Counted from the stretch's first letter, positions 27,112-37,764 are shown. The stretch is 64,000 bases of DNA from Gaiellales bacterium (GCA_035695105.1 DASSEV010000043.1:3304-67303); one strand, 5' to 3'. Notes: generated by a model from the sequence alone, not told the origin. Program-made: numbers and translations.

Positions 27112-29295
27112 ATGCGTCGTGCGCTTGTGACTGCCGTGACGCCTCAGCCGCTCCATCGCGCCCTCGGCCTGACCGATGGTGAGCTCGAACGGATCTGCGA
27201 CCTGCTGGGGCGAGATCCCAACGACTTCGAGCTGGCCGTGTACTCGCTGCTCTGGAGCGAGCACTGCGGCTACAAGCATTCGCGTCCGCTGCTCGGGCGG
27301 TTCCCGACCTCGGGGCCCCACGTGCTGCAGGGGCCGGGCGAGAATGCCGGCGTGATCGACGTCGGCGACGGCCTGGCCGTGGCGCTGAAGGTCGAGAGCC
27401 ACAATCACCCGTCCGCCGTCGAGCCGTTCCAGGGCGCTGCGACCGGCGTGGGCGGCATCCTCCGCGACATCTTCGCGATGGGCGCGCGGCCGATCGCGAT
27501 CCTCGACTCCCTGCGGTTCGGCGAGCTCGGCACGGATCACCAGCGCCACCTGTTCTCGCAGGTGGTGGCCGGCGTCGGGCACTACGGCAACTGCGTCGGT
27601 GTCGCCAACCTCGGCGGCGAGGTGTACTTCGAGCCGGCCTACGAGCACAACTGCCTGGTCAACGCCATGTGCGTGGGGCTGCTGCCGGCGGAGCGGCTGA
27701 CCTCGGCCGGCGCGACCGGCGTCGGGAACCTGCTGGTCCTGTACGGCTCGCGCACCGGCCGCGACGGCATCGGCGGCGCCAGCGTGCTGGCGTCGCAGGG
27801 CTTTGACGAGGGCTCGGCAGACAAGCGACCGAGCGTTCAGATCGGGGATCCGTTCATGGGCAAGAAGCTGATCGAGTGCACGCTCGAGCTGCTCGACCGC
27901 GAGCTGCTGGCCTCGCTGCAGGATCTGGGCGCCGCGGGCCTCGCGTCGTCCACGTCGGAGATGGCCTCGCACGGAGGCGTCGGGCTGGACGTCGATCTCT
28001 CGCTGGTGCCGCTGCGCGAGTCCGACATGCAGCCGTTCGAGATCATGATCTCCGAGTCCCAGGAGCGGATGGCGGCGATCGTCGCCCCCGACCTGCTCAA
28101 CCAGGTGCTCGAGACATGCGAGCGGTGGGAGGTCGACGCGACGGTGATCGGATCGGTCACCGAGGGCGGCATGCTGCGTGCCTTCTTCGACGGCGAGGTG
28201 GTCGGCGAGATCCCGGTCGAGACGCTGGTCGACGGTGCCCCCCGGTACGAGGTCGAGCGCACCCGGCCCGAGCGCCTGGCCGACGAGCCGCTGGCGCCGC
28301 AGGCGGCCGGCGACGTGATCGGCGGCCTGCGCAAGCTGCTGGCCTCGCAGAACATCGCCAGCCGCCGGTGGATCTACCAGCAGTACGACCAGCTGGTCGG
28401 CTCGGGCACCGCCATCCGGCCGGGCGGTGACGCCGGCGTCGTGCGGCTGACGCCGTCGCGCCGTGCGATCGCGGTGTCGCTCGACGGCAACGGCCGGCGC
28501 ACCTGGCTGGATCCGCGCCGCGGCGGGGCTGCGGCGGTCTGCGAGGCGGCCCGGAACGTGGCCTGCACCGGCGCCCGCCCCGCCGCCGTCACCAACTGCC
28601 TGAACTTCGGCAATCCCGAGACCGGCGAGGTGGGCTACGAGCTGGCCGAGGCGATCGAGGGCATGTCGCAGGCGTGTGAGGCGCTCGGGCTCCCGGTCGT
28701 GTCTGGCAACGTGTCGCTCTACAACGAGCACTACGGGCGGCCGATCTATCCGACCCCGGTGGTCGGCGTGGTCGGCGTCCTCGACGATGCGGAGCTGGCG
28801 GTGGGGGCGGCGTTCCGCGAGCAGGGCGATGCGGTGCTGCTGGCCGGAGACGGCCCATCGGCGCTGGACGGGTCGGAATACCAGAAGGTCGTGCTCGGCA
28901 CGGTGGCCGGACGCATCCCCGAGCCCGATCTCGAGAACGAGCGCCGGCTGCACCAGTTCCTCGCGTCGGCGGCGGAGCGCCGGCTGCTGCGAAGCGCGCA
29001 CGACGTCGCGGATGGCGGCCTGGCCGTGGCGCTGGCGGAGTCGGCGATAGCCGGACGCGTCGGCGTCACGGCAGCCTGCGACGATCCGTTCGGCGAGGGC
29101 GATGGTCGGGTCGTGATCAGCGTTCGCGGGGCCGACGTGCAGGCCGTGGCGGAGCTGGCGGGCGAGCTTCCCCTGCGCGAGATCGGACGCGTGGGCGGCG
29201 ATGCGATCGTGCTCGCCGGCGCATCGCTGCCGCTGGATGAGGCGGTGCGCATCTGGGAGTCGGCCCTTCCCGCCGCCGTGGAGGGCGGCATCTGA
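27112..29295 (+). CDS. purL: FGAM synthase II, large subunit
   Basis: 727 aa. N-terminal YSLLWSEHCGYKHSRPLL and VESHNHPSAVEPFQGAATGVGG motifs. Confidence 0.95.
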   Translation: MRRALVTAVTPQPLHRALGLTDGELERICDLLGRDPNDFELAVYSLLWSEHCGYKHSRPLLGRFPTSGPHVLQGPGENAGVIDVGDGLAVALKVESHNHPSAVEPFQGAATGVGGILRDIFAMGARPIAILDSLRFGELGTDHQRHLFSQVVAGVGHYGNCVGVANLGGEVYFEPAYEHNCLVNAMCVGLLPAERLTSAGATGVGNLLVLYGSRTGRDGIGGASVLASQGFDEGSADKRPSVQIGDPFMGKKLIECTLELLDRELLASLQDLGAAGLASSTSEMASHGGVGLDVDLSLVPLRESDMQPFEIMISESQERMAAIVAPDLLNQVLETCERWEVDATVIGSVTEGGMLRAFFDGEVVGEIPVETLVDGAPRYEVERTRPERLADEPLAPQAAGDVIGGLRKLLASQNIASRRWIYQQYDQLVGSGTAIRPGGDAGVVRLTPSRRAIAVSLDGNGRRTWLDPRRGGAAAVCEAARNVACTGARPAAVTNCLNFGNPETGEVGYELAEAIEGMSQACEALGLPVVSGNVSLYNEHYGRPIYPTPVVGVVGVLDDAELAVGAAFREQGDAVLLAGDGPSALDGSEYQKVVLGTVAGRIPEPDLENERRLHQFLASAAERRLLRSAHDVADGGLAVALAESAIAGRVGVTAACDDPFGEGDGRVVISVRGADVQAVAELAGELPLREIGRVGGDAIVLAGASLPLDEAVRIWESALPAAVEGGI

Positions 29296-30716
29296 TGTGC
29301 GGCGTGTTCGGCATCTACGACCCGGTCGGCGAGCCCGACCGTGACGTCGCCCGGCTCACCTTCTTCGGGCTCTACGCGCTGCAGCACCGCGGCCAGGAGA
29401 GCGCCGGCATCGCGGTGTCCGACGGCGGCCGCGTCGTCGCCATGAAGGACATGGGACTCGTGAGCCAGGTGTTCGACGAGCCGAAGCTGTCGGCGCTGCA
29501 GGGCCGGATGGCGATCGGCCACGCCCGGTACTCGACAACCGGATCGACCGCATGGCGCAACGCCCAGCCGGTGGTGCAGCACGCCGCCGGGCGCACGATC
29601 GCGCTCGGCCACAACGGGAACCTGACCAACACCGCCGAGCTGCGGGAGGAGCTGCGGGGCAACCGCGTGCGGCTGCAGTCCACGTCGGACACCGAGGTGA
29701 TCGCCGCCCTGATCGCCCGGCACCCGTCCGGCGACCTGGAGCAGGCGATCGTCGACGCCATGGCCCGCGTCGAGGGCGCGTTCGCCGCCGTCGTCCTCAC
29801 CGAGGGTGCGGTCGCCGGATTCCGCGACCCGGACGGCATCAGGCCGCTGGTCGTGGGCCGGCTGGACGACGCGTTCGTGCTGGCGTCCGAGACATGCGCG
29901 CTCGACATCATCGGCGCCAGCTTCGAGCGCGAGCTGCGGCCGGGCGAGATGGTGATCGTCGACGAGCACGGTCCGCGGTTCCGCCAGGCCGTCGAGCCGC
30001 GGTCGCAGTCGCTCTGCATCTTCGAGTACATCTACTTCGCGCGGCCGGACTCCGAGATGCAGGGCGAGGGCCTGCACGACGTCCGCGGGAGGATGGGCGA
30101 GCAGCTGGCGCAGGAAGCGCCCGTGGACGCCGACGTCGTCATCCCGGTGCCGGACTCGGGGACGCCGGCGGCCGTCGGCTACGCACGCCGCAGCGGTATC
30201 CCGTTCGGCGAGGGCCTCGTCAAGAACCGCTACGTCGGCCGCACGTTCATCCAGCCCGACCAGGGGCTGCGGGAGCGCGGCGTGCGCCTCAAGTTCAACG
30301 TGCTGCCGTCCGTGCTGCGCGGCAAGCGCGTGGTCGTGGTCGACGACTCGATCGTGCGCGGCTCGACCACGCGCAAGCTGGTGCAGATGCTGTTCGAGGC
30401 GGGCGCGCTCGAGGTGCACCTGCGTGTCAGCTCGCCACCGATCATCTCGCCCTGCTTCTACGGGATCGACATGGCCGACCAGAGCGAGCTGCTCGCGGCG
30501 GGCCGGTCGATCGAGGAGGTGCGCGAGCGCCTCGGCGCCACGTCGCTTGCCTACCTATCCCTCGACGGCCTGCAGGAATCGACCGGCCAGAGCTCCGACC
30601 GGTTCTGCCGCGCGTGCCTGACCGGCGACTATCCGACCGACATCCCCGACGAGATGCGCAACGCCAAGCTGCGGTTCGAGCAGCTGGCGGCGGCCGAGGC
30701 TGCGGCCGCTCGATGA
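29295..30716 (+). CDS. purF: Amidophosphoribosyltransferase
   Basis: MCGVFGIY N-terminal Cys nucleophile. PRTase loop VVVVDDSIVRGSTT. TGATG junction with purL. Confidence 0.95.
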   Translation: MCGVFGIYDPVGEPDRDVARLTFFGLYALQHRGQESAGIAVSDGGRVVAMKDMGLVSQVFDEPKLSALQGRMAIGHARYSTTGSTAWRNAQPVVQHAAGRTIALGHNGNLTNTAELREELRGNRVRLQSTSDTEVIAALIARHPSGDLEQAIVDAMARVEGAFAAVVLTEGAVAGFRDPDGIRPLVVGRLDDAFVLASETCALDIIGASFERELRPGEMVIVDEHGPRFRQAVEPRSQSLCIFEYIYFARPDSEMQGEGLHDVRGRMGEQLAQEAPVDADVVIPVPDSGTPAAVGYARRSGIPFGEGLVKNRYVGRTFIQPDQGLRERGVRLKFNVLPSVLRGKRVVVVDDSIVRGSTTRKLVQMLFEAGALEVHLRVSSPPIISPCFYGIDMADQSELLAAGRSIEEVRERLGATSLAYLSLDGLQESTGQSSDRFCRACLTGDYPTDIPDEMRNAKLRFEQLAAAEAAAAR

Positions 30717-31738
30717 GCGGCGAGCAGCCGCTGACGTACGGCGACGCGGGGGTCAGCCTGGATGCGGCCGAGGCCGTCGTCGGCCGGATAGCCGCGGCAG
30801 TCGAGTCGACCCGCACCCGCGAGGTGCTGGGCAGCCTGGGCGGCTTCTCGGGCCTCTACGCCCCCAGCGCCGGCGATCCCGCGATCGCCGCCGGCTGTGA
30901 CGGCGTCGGGACGAAGATCCTGCTCGGCGCCCAGGCCGGGCGCCTGCACGGCCTGGGCATCGACCTGGTCGCGATGAGCGTCAACGACGTCATCACCACC
31001 GGCGCCCGGCCGGCCTTCTTCCTCGATGTGATCACGTGCGGGCGCCTCGACCCCGACCGCATCGCGCAGCTCGTGGAGGGGATCGCGGAGGGGTGCCGCC
31101 GCGCCGGCTGCGCCCTGCTCGGAGGCGAGACGGCCGAGCATCCCGACATGATGCAGCCCGACGAGTTCGACATGGCCGGCTTCGCAGTGGCCGTCGGCGA
31201 GCGCCGCGACCTGGTCGGCGGCGCCCGGGTGCGGGCGGGGGATGTGATCATCGGCCTGGCATCGAGCGGGCCGCACTCCAACGGGTTCTCGCTCGTGCGC
31301 CGGCTGGTCGAGCGCGCCGGCGTCGGGCTCGACGACCGCCCGGAGGGGCTGGGCGGAGCATCGGTCGCCGACGCGCTGCTCGAGCCGACGCGCATCTACG
31401 CCCGGCCCATCCGCGAGCTGACTGCGACGGTGGACGTCCGCGCGATGGCGCACATCACGGGCGGCGGCATCCCCGGCAACCTCGCCCGGCCGCTGCCCGC
31501 TGGGCTGGCGGCCGAGATCGAGCTCGGCAGCTGGGAGCGCCCGGCCGTGTTCACCTGGCTCGCCTCGCTCGGCGTCGAGGAGGACGAGATGCGCCGCGTG
31601 TTCAACCTCGGCCTCGGCTATGCCGCGATCGTTGCGGCGGATGATTCCGAGGTGGCGTTGCGGGCGCTGGATCGCGCGGGCGAGCGCGCCTGGGTCGCGG
31701 GGCGGGTCGTGGAGGGCAGCGGGGTGCTCCTGCGGTGA
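30713..31738 (+). CDS. purM: Phosphoribosylformylglycinamidine cyclo-ligase (AIR synthetase)
   Basis: Internal ATG at 30713 (MSGEQPLTYGDAGVSLDAAE). DGVGTK and GLASSGPHSNGFSL motifs. ATGA overlap with purF. Confidence 0.9.
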   Translation: MSGEQPLTYGDAGVSLDAAEAVVGRIAAAVESTRTREVLGSLGGFSGLYAPSAGDPAIAAGCDGVGTKILLGAQAGRLHGLGIDLVAMSVNDVITTGARPAFFLDVITCGRLDPDRIAQLVEGIAEGCRRAGCALLGGETAEHPDMMQPDEFDMAGFAVAVGERRDLVGGARVRAGDVIIGLASSGPHSNGFSLVRRLVERAGVGLDDRPEGLGGASVADALLEPTRIYARPIRELTATVDVRAMAHITGGGIPGNLARPLPAGLAAEIELGSWERPAVFTWLASLGVEEDEMRRVFNLGLGYAAIVAADDSEVALRALDRAGERAWVAGRVVEGSGVLLR

Positions 31739-32316
31739 GGGTCGGCGTCCTCATCTCGGGGACGGGGAGCAACCTGCAGGCGCTGATCGACGACCCCGCG
31801 ATCGACGTCGCCTGCGTGGGATCCAGCCGCGAGGAGGCGGGCGGGATCGAGCGTGCCCGTGCGGCCGGGATCGACACGCTGGTCAGCGCAGACGAGGACG
31901 AGACGGCGCGGTTCCTCGATGCTCACGGCGTCGGACTCGTTGTCCTGGCAGGCTACATGCGGGTGCTGTCTCCGGATTTCGTGCGCCGGTACTCGGGGCG
32001 CATCCTCAACCTGCACCCATCGCTGCTTCCCGCATTCCCCGGCGCACGGGCCGTCCGGGACGCCGTCGAGCATGGCGTGCGGGTGACCGGCGTCACCGTG
32101 CACCTCATCGACGACGACCACGTCGCGGTCGACAGCGGCCCGATCGTCCTGCAGGAGGCGATGGAGGTCTCGTATGATGAGCGCCCCGAGGACGTTGCGG
32201 CGCGGCTGCACGAGATCGAGCACCGGCTGCTGCCTCGGGCGGTGCACCTGTTCTGTGCCGGACGGCTCGAGGTGAGCGGCCGGCGGGTCCGCGTCAAGGA
32301 CGAGCCTCTGGCATGA
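31735..32316 (+). CDS. purN: Phosphoribosylglycinamide formyltransferase
   Basis: RVGVLISGTGSNLQALI, ILNLHPSLLPAFPG and GVTVHLID motifs. GTGA overlap with purM. Confidence 0.9.
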   Translation: MRVGVLISGTGSNLQALIDDPAIDVACVGSSREEAGGIERARAAGIDTLVSADEDETARFLDAHGVGLVVLAGYMRVLSPDFVRRYSGRILNLHPSLLPAFPGARAVRDAVEHGVRVTGVTVHLIDDDHVAVDSGPIVLQEAMEVSYDERPEDVAARLHEIEHRLLPRAVHLFCAGRLEVSGRRVRVKDEPLA

Positions 32317-33851
32317 GCATCCAACGAGCACTCATCTCGGTCAGCGACAAGAACGGTCTGGCGGCGTTCGCCGCGGGGCTCTCCGAGCTCGGCATCGAGC
32401 TGATCTCGACGTCCGGCACCGCGTCCTTCCTCTCGGACGCCGGGCTGCAGGTGACTACGGTCGAGGAGCTGACCGGCGCCGGCGAGCTGCTCGGCGGGCG
32501 GGTGAAGACGCTCCATCCCCACATCCACGCCGGGATCCTGGCGCGCCGGAGCCACCCCGACGACATGGCGTCGCTCGAGCGGGAGGGCATCCTGCCGATC
32601 GACCTCGTCGTCTGCAACCTCTATCCCTTCCGCCATGTCGCGAACCGACGTGGTGTGACCGAGCCCGAGGTGATCGCGAACATCGACGTCGGCGGCCCGA
32701 CGATGGTGCGGGCCGCCGCGAAGAACTTCGACTCGGTGGCGATCGTCACCGACCCGGAGCGGTACGGGTTCGTGCTGGACGAGCTGCGCACGTCGGGCGG
32801 AGACCTGTCCGCGGATACCCGCCGTGAGCTCGCCGCCGAGGCGTTCGCGCACACCGCCGGCTACGACGCCGCCATCTCGGAGTGGTTCAACGAGGTCGAG
32901 GCCTTCCCCGACCGCGTCGTGCTCGACCTGGTCAAGGCGGCTGACCTGGCATACGGGGAGAACCCGCACCAGCGCGCCGCGTACTACGTCGAGTCCGGCG
33001 CCAGGCGCCACCTGCTCTCGATGATCGAGCAGCTCGGCGGCCCGCCGCTCTCGTTCAACAACCTGCTCGACCTGCAGGCGGCGCGGTCGCTTGCCTCCTC
33101 CTTCCAGGTGCCGGCCTGCGCCATCATCAAGCACGCCACGCCCTGCGGCGTCGCGGTCGGCGCGACCATCGAGGAGGCGTACGAGCGCGCCCTCGAGTCG
33201 GACCCGGTGGCGGCGTTCGGCGGGGTGATCGCGGTCAACCGCGCGGTCACGCCCGAGCTGGCCGAGCGCATGGCAGACCAGGTCGTCCACGTGCTGTTCG
33301 CGCCCGGGTACGAGGGCGACGCGGCCGACACGCTGCGGCAGAAGCAGTCCCTCCGCATCCTCGAGGATCGCGAGCGGCGCAAGGCGAGCCCGGGCGAGCG
33401 GGACATGCGCCGCGTCCTCGGCGGCCTGCTGGTGCAGGACAGGGACACGGAGCTGGACGAGCGTGACGCCATGACCGTCGTATCGCAGGCAGCGCCGAGC
33501 GAGCAGGAGTGGGGCGACCTGCTGTTCGCCTGGCGGGTCTGCAAGCACGTGCGCTCGAACGCGATCGTGATCGCGCGCGACCTGGCGACCGTCGGCATCG
33601 GCGGCGGCGACGTCAGCCGCGTCGACGCAGTGCGGATCGCGGTTGAGAAGGCGGGCGGGCGCAACCAGGGCGCGGTGCTCGCGTCAGATGCGTTCTTCCC
33701 CTTCGATGACGGGCCGCGAACGGCCGTCGCAGCGGGCGTCAAGGCGATCATCCAGCCCGGTGGGTCGAAGCGCGATGACGAGGTGATCGCCGCGGCGGAC
33801 GAGGCCGGCGTCGCCATGGTCTTCACCGGGCGCCGGCACTTCCTGCACTAG
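32313..33851 (+). CDS. purH: Bifunctional AICAR transformylase / IMP cyclohydrolase
   Basis: 512 aa. N terminus RALISVSDKNGL and C terminus QPGGSKRDDEVI...FTGRRHFLH. ATGA overlap with purN. Confidence 0.95.
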   Translation: MSIQRALISVSDKNGLAAFAAGLSELGIELISTSGTASFLSDAGLQVTTVEELTGAGELLGGRVKTLHPHIHAGILARRSHPDDMASLEREGILPIDLVVCNLYPFRHVANRRGVTEPEVIANIDVGGPTMVRAAAKNFDSVAIVTDPERYGFVLDELRTSGGDLSADTRRELAAEAFAHTAGYDAAISEWFNEVEAFPDRVVLDLVKAADLAYGENPHQRAAYYVESGARRHLLSMIEQLGGPPLSFNNLLDLQAARSLASSFQVPACAIIKHATPCGVAVGATIEEAYERALESDPVAAFGGVIAVNRAVTPELAERMADQVVHVLFAPGYEGDAADTLRQKQSLRILEDRERRKASPGERDMRRVLGGLLVQDRDTELDERDAMTVVSQAAPSEQEWGDLLFAWRVCKHVRSNAIVIARDLATVGIGGGDVSRVDAVRIAVEKAGGRNQGAVLASDAFFPFDDGPRTAVAAGVKAIIQPGGSKRDDEVIAAADEAGVAMVFTGRRHFLH

Positions 33852-33918
33852 ATCGCTTGGGTGCCGGGCTGCCGGGTCAGCCGCATGCGGGGCAGACCCG
33901 TGGCGCCCCCGCGGGTCG

Positions 33919-34275
33919 TCACCGATCGTTGACCGGAATGACGAACTTCATCCCCGTGTGCGTGTCGGAGATGCGCGCGATCTTGACGTCGTAGAGCCCG
34001 GCCTCCCGGCCGGCCGCGATCACCATCGCCTCTGTCACGTCGGCTCGGCCCCTGGGCCGGATCACCCAGATCGCCCCGTCGCGGGACATCCCGTCGCGCA
34101 GCTCGTCCATCCGCCCGAGGTCGTCCGCCGACTCCGCCCCGAGCAGCACCACGTCCGCCTTGCCGCCGTCCACGATCGTGCCGGCGGCTGCGAGTGCGGC
34201 CTCCACGGGCCCGACCACGCGCACCCGCTGCCCAGGCTTCACGCCGACCTTCTCCGCCGCCGTCTTCTCCGCCAC
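33919..34275 (-). CDS. DUF3052-like small cytoplasmic protein
   Basis: 118 aa. KVGVKPGQRVRVVG...DVVLLG...GAIWVIRPRG pattern recalled from the actinobacterial DUF3052 family. Not verified by search. Confidence 0.5.
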   Translation of the reverse strand: MAEKTAAEKVGVKPGQRVRVVGPVEAALAAAGTIVDGGKADVVLLGAESADDLGRMDELRDGMSRDGAIWVIRPRGRADVTEAMVIAAGREAGLYDVKIARISDTHTGMKFVIPVNDR

Positions 34276-34276
34276 G

Positions 34277-35116
34277 CTATCCCGAACGCTTCAGGCGGCC
34301 GTGCTGTTTCGCGAATCGCTCGCCCCGCCGGAACACCGCCAGCCCGAGCGGCACGGCCACGACGCCGATCACGAGCAGCGGCCAGATGTCCGGCCACACG
34401 TCGGTCAGGCTCGCTCCGTGCAGGATCGCCTTGCGGCAGCCCTCGAGCGTGTAGGTCGCCGGCGAGATCACCGACAGCCACTGCATCCAGTCCGGCAGCA
34501 CCGTGACCGGGTAGTAGACCCCGGACACGACCAGCAGCAGCCCCTGCGCGATGAACCCGAGCTGCGTTCCCTTCTCGGGCGAGATCAGCGGCAGCACGGC
34601 GGTCATCATGCCGATGCCGATGAACGAGACCGAGCTGACCAGGAGCACCACCCCGGCGCTGGCAAAGGCGGGGTCGTGGAACGTCACGCCCAGCATCGCC
34701 GCCGCCACGATGAACAGCAGCGCCGTGCGCAGCACGCCGTAGAGCACGGCGAACGCGCCCATCCCGAACAGGTGCGAGACGCGCGAGATCGGCGCCATGA
34801 ACGTGTACTCGATCGTGCCCTCCCATCGCTCCCAGGCGACGGTCTCGGTCACGATCTCGAAGATCAGGCCCAGGTACGACCAGAGCACGGCTCCGATCAG
34901 GAGCACGATCGTGGTGCTGTTCACGTCGATGTGTCCGCCGGCCGCCTCGACGCCCTTCGCGATGAAGGCGATCGTCAGCGTGTTCGCAACGGTGTAGAGG
35001 AACCACGCGAGCTCCCACCAGGCGAACCGCCGGATCAGGTAGATGTTGCGCTCGACGATGCCGGCGAAGCCGATCAGCTCACGCCGCAGCGCACCCGTCT
35101 GCTCCATGGGCATCAT
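34277..35116 (-). CDS. ABC-2 type exporter permease
   Basis: 279 aa, about 6 TM helices. ATGA overlap with the upstream ATPase gene. Confidence 0.8.
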   Translation of the reverse strand: MMPMEQTGALRRELIGFAGIVERNIYLIRRFAWWELAWFLYTVANTLTIAFIAKGVEAAGGHIDVNSTTIVLLIGAVLWSYLGLIFEIVTETVAWERWEGTIEYTFMAPISRVSHLFGMGAFAVLYGVLRTALLFIVAAAMLGVTFHDPAFASAGVVLLVSSVSFIGIGMMTAVLPLISPEKGTQLGFIAQGLLLVVSGVYYPVTVLPDWMQWLSVISPATYTLEGCRKAILHGASLTDVWPDIWPLLVIGVVAVPLGLAVFRRGERFAKQHGRLKRSG

Positions 35117-35931
35117 GCCGGCACCGCCTCCCGTTCATCGCCCTCGTCCTCGAACGAGTGGCCGGTCGCGTTCAGGAACGCCCGCTCGAGCGTGTCGGCG
35201 CCGTAGCGGCGCATGATCGCCTCGGCCGTGTCGAGGCACAGCAGCTCGCCGCGGTCGAGGATCCCGATCCGGTCGGCCAGCGCCTCGGCCTCGGCCATGT
35301 CGTGGGTGCAGAGCAGGATCGTCGAGTCGTGCTCCTCGCGCAGCCGGCGGATGAAGTCCTGCACCTCCAGCTTGCTGCGCGGGTCGAGGCCCGTGGTCGG
35401 CTCGTCGAGCAGCAGCAGCACCGGCGCCGTCAGGAGCGCCCGCGCCAGCGCGATCTTCTGCTGCATGCCACGCGACAGATCCTCCATCGGCTCGCCGCTT
35501 CGCTCAGGTGGGAACCCGACCATGGCCAGGATCTCGGGAATGCGGGCGCGCGTCTCGCGCGGGCCGAGGCCGTAGAAGCGGGCCGAGTAGCTGAGGTTCT
35601 CCATCGGCGACATGCGCTTGAAGAACGACGCCTCGACCGACACGCGGTTGACCATGCGCTGCACCGCACGCGGCTTCGCGAAGACGTCGATTCCGAACAC
35701 GTGCGCGGTGCCGCCGTCGTGCAGCAGCAGCGTCGACAGCAGGCGGACGAGCGTCGACTTGCCTGACCCGTTCTGGCCGAGGATGGCCACGCATTCGCCG
35801 CGGCGCATCTCGAAGCTGAGGCCGTGCAGCGCAGCCACCCGGCGCCGGCGCCCGCGCATGCGGGAGCCGCCGTCACGGCGGATGAACTCCTTGCGCAGGT
35901 TGTGGACTCGGACAGCCGGCAGGCTGGACAT
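35113..35931 (-). CDS. ABC transporter ATP-binding protein (ABC-2 / DrrA-like exporter)
   Basis: Internal ATG at 35931 of the 908-aa track ORF, with a GAGGTG RBS. Walker A GQNGSGKST, signature LSRGMQQKIALA, Walker [13 protein letters not shown]. Confidence 0.9.
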   Translation of the reverse strand: MSSLPAVRVHNLRKEFIRRDGGSRMRGRRRRVAALHGLSFEMRRGECVAILGQNGSGKSTLVRLLSTLLLHDGGTAHVFGIDVFAKPRAVQRMVNRVSVEASFFKRMSPMENLSYSARFYGLGPRETRARIPEILAMVGFPPERSGEPMEDLSRGMQQKIALARALLTAPVLLLLDEPTTGLDPRSKLEVQDFIRRLREEHDSTILLCTHDMAEAEALADRIGILDRGELLCLDTAEAIMRRYGADTLERAFLNATGHSFEDEGDEREAVPA

Positions 35932-36177
35932 GGTGGTGCACCTCTGAGATGAACGCGGTTGGGGCTCGCCCTGGCCTGGTGGCCGGCGAGGGGGGCGCGT
36001 ATGGGTGATGGGCGGCGGGCGCGGCGGCGCCGGAGCGTTCTCGGCGCGACCTCCTACGCTATCAGCAGCGGCGGAGGGATCGCAACCGTTGTCGCGAACG
36101 CCACGAGAGTATTGACACTCCCGCAGGCGTGCGGGAGGATCGCCTGGTCCATACCGTTTCCGTTGGAAGGAGAGTGC

Positions 36178-37752
36178 ATGAGCGACTCGGATGCTGCGCA
36201 GCTTGCCGAGTTCGGCTACAAGCAGGAGCTCCACCGGACGCTCGGCAGCTTCTCGTCGTTCGCCGCAGGGTTCAGCTACATCTCGATCCTGACGGGCATG
36301 TTCCAGACCTCGTACCTGGGGTTCCTGTTCGCGGGCCCCGCCTTCATCTGGGCCTGGATCTTCGTCCTCTTCGGACAGATGATGGTTGCCCTCCAGTTCG
36401 CGGAGCTGTCCGCGCACTACCCGCTGGCGGGCTCGGTGTACCAGTGGTCGAAGCAGGTGGCCGGCAAGGACTGGGCGTGGAACACGGGGTGGATGTACCT
36501 GTGCGCCCAGATCGTGACCGTGCCCGCCGTCGCGCTCGGCTGGCAGGTGATCCTGCCGCAGATCAGCCACAGGTTCGTCTTCGTCGGCACCTATCAGGAC
36601 AACCTCGACTACACGAACGCGAACTTCGCGAAGAACGCGATCATCCTCGGCATCATCATGATCGGCCTGACGACCCTCATCAACATGGCCGGCGTCAGCG
36701 TCATGTCGAGGATCAACAACGTCGGCGTGGCGGCGGAGCTGATCGGCGCTGCGGGCCTGATCATCATCTTCCTGATCAACGCCCAGCGCAGCCCGAGCGA
36801 GGTGCTGACGAACACGGCCGGCACCGGCGCGGGCCACAGCTGGGGTTACCTGGGCGCACTGCTGATCGGCGCGATCATGCCGCTGTACGTGATGTACGGG
36901 TTCGACACGGCCGGCTCGCTGGCGGAGGAGACTGACGACCCCCAGCGCCGCGCTCCGCGGGCGGTGCTCCAGGCGCTGGCCACTGCCGGCACGATGGGGT
37001 TCCTGCTGATCCTGTTCGGCACGATGGCCGTCAGCGACAAGGGTTACGCCAACATCACGTCGATCGGCGGCCTGGCAGGCATCACCACCGACGTCCTGGG
37101 CAGCACCTGGGGCAAGGTGTTCCTGGTCGACGTGGCCGTCGCCATCTTCGTGTGCTGTCTGGCGATCCACGCCATGTCGGTGCGGATCCTGTTCGCGATG
37201 GGACGGGACAACAATCTCCCCGGGGGAGCGAAGCTGGCATCGGTCTCGGGCACGCGCCGCGTCCCGGTGTTCCCGGCCATCCTGGTCGGCGTCATCTCGG
37301 TGGCGATCCTGGCGTTCAACTGGCTCAACCCGTACGCCTTCACCATCGTCATCAGCTGCGGCATCGTGTTCATGTACCTCGCCTACCTCGGCGTGACGGT
37401 TCCACTGTTCCAGCGCCGCAGGGTGGACAACTGGCCCGCGAACCTGCCGACCGCCAACCGCGGGCTGTTCAGGCTGGGCGGTGCGGCGCTGCTGACGAAC
37501 GGCATCGCCGTCCTCTACGGGGCCGCCATGACGGTCAACCTGGCGTGGCCGCGTGAGGAGTTCTACGGCACCAAGTGGTACCAGCACTACGGCGTGATCA
37601 CGGCGATTGTCGTGGTCGTCGGTGCCGGCCTCATCCTCTACTACGGCTACCAGCGGACGAGGATGGAGGTGCTGCCCGAGCACCGGGCCGATCAGATGGA
37701 GAGCCTCTCCGCTGCGATGCACGAGCCGCCGCCGATCCACGGCGGTCCGTGA
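36178..37752 (+). CDS. APC-superfamily amino acid permease
   Basis: ATG at 36178 preceded by the GGAAGGAGAG RBS. 524 aa. Multi-TM with FSSFAAGFSYISILTG and YPLAGSVYQW motifs. Confidence 0.85.
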   Translation: MSDSDAAQLAEFGYKQELHRTLGSFSSFAAGFSYISILTGMFQTSYLGFLFAGPAFIWAWIFVLFGQMMVALQFAELSAHYPLAGSVYQWSKQVAGKDWAWNTGWMYLCAQIVTVPAVALGWQVILPQISHRFVFVGTYQDNLDYTNANFAKNAIILGIIMIGLTTLINMAGVSVMSRINNVGVAAELIGAAGLIIIFLINAQRSPSEVLTNTAGTGAGHSWGYLGALLIGAIMPLYVMYGFDTAGSLAEETDDPQRRAPRAVLQALATAGTMGFLLILFGTMAVSDKGYANITSIGGLAGITTDVLGSTWGKVFLVDVAVAIFVCCLAIHAMSVRILFAMGRDNNLPGGAKLASVSGTRRVPVFPAILVGVISVAILAFNWLNPYAFTIVISCGIVFMYLAYLGVTVPLFQRRRVDNWPANLPTANRGLFRLGGAALLTNGIAVLYGAAMTVNLAWPREEFYGTKWYQHYGVITAIVVVVGAGLILYYGYQRTRMEVLPEHRADQMESLSAAMHEPPPIHGGP

Positions 37753-37764
37753 GCTGACGATGTT

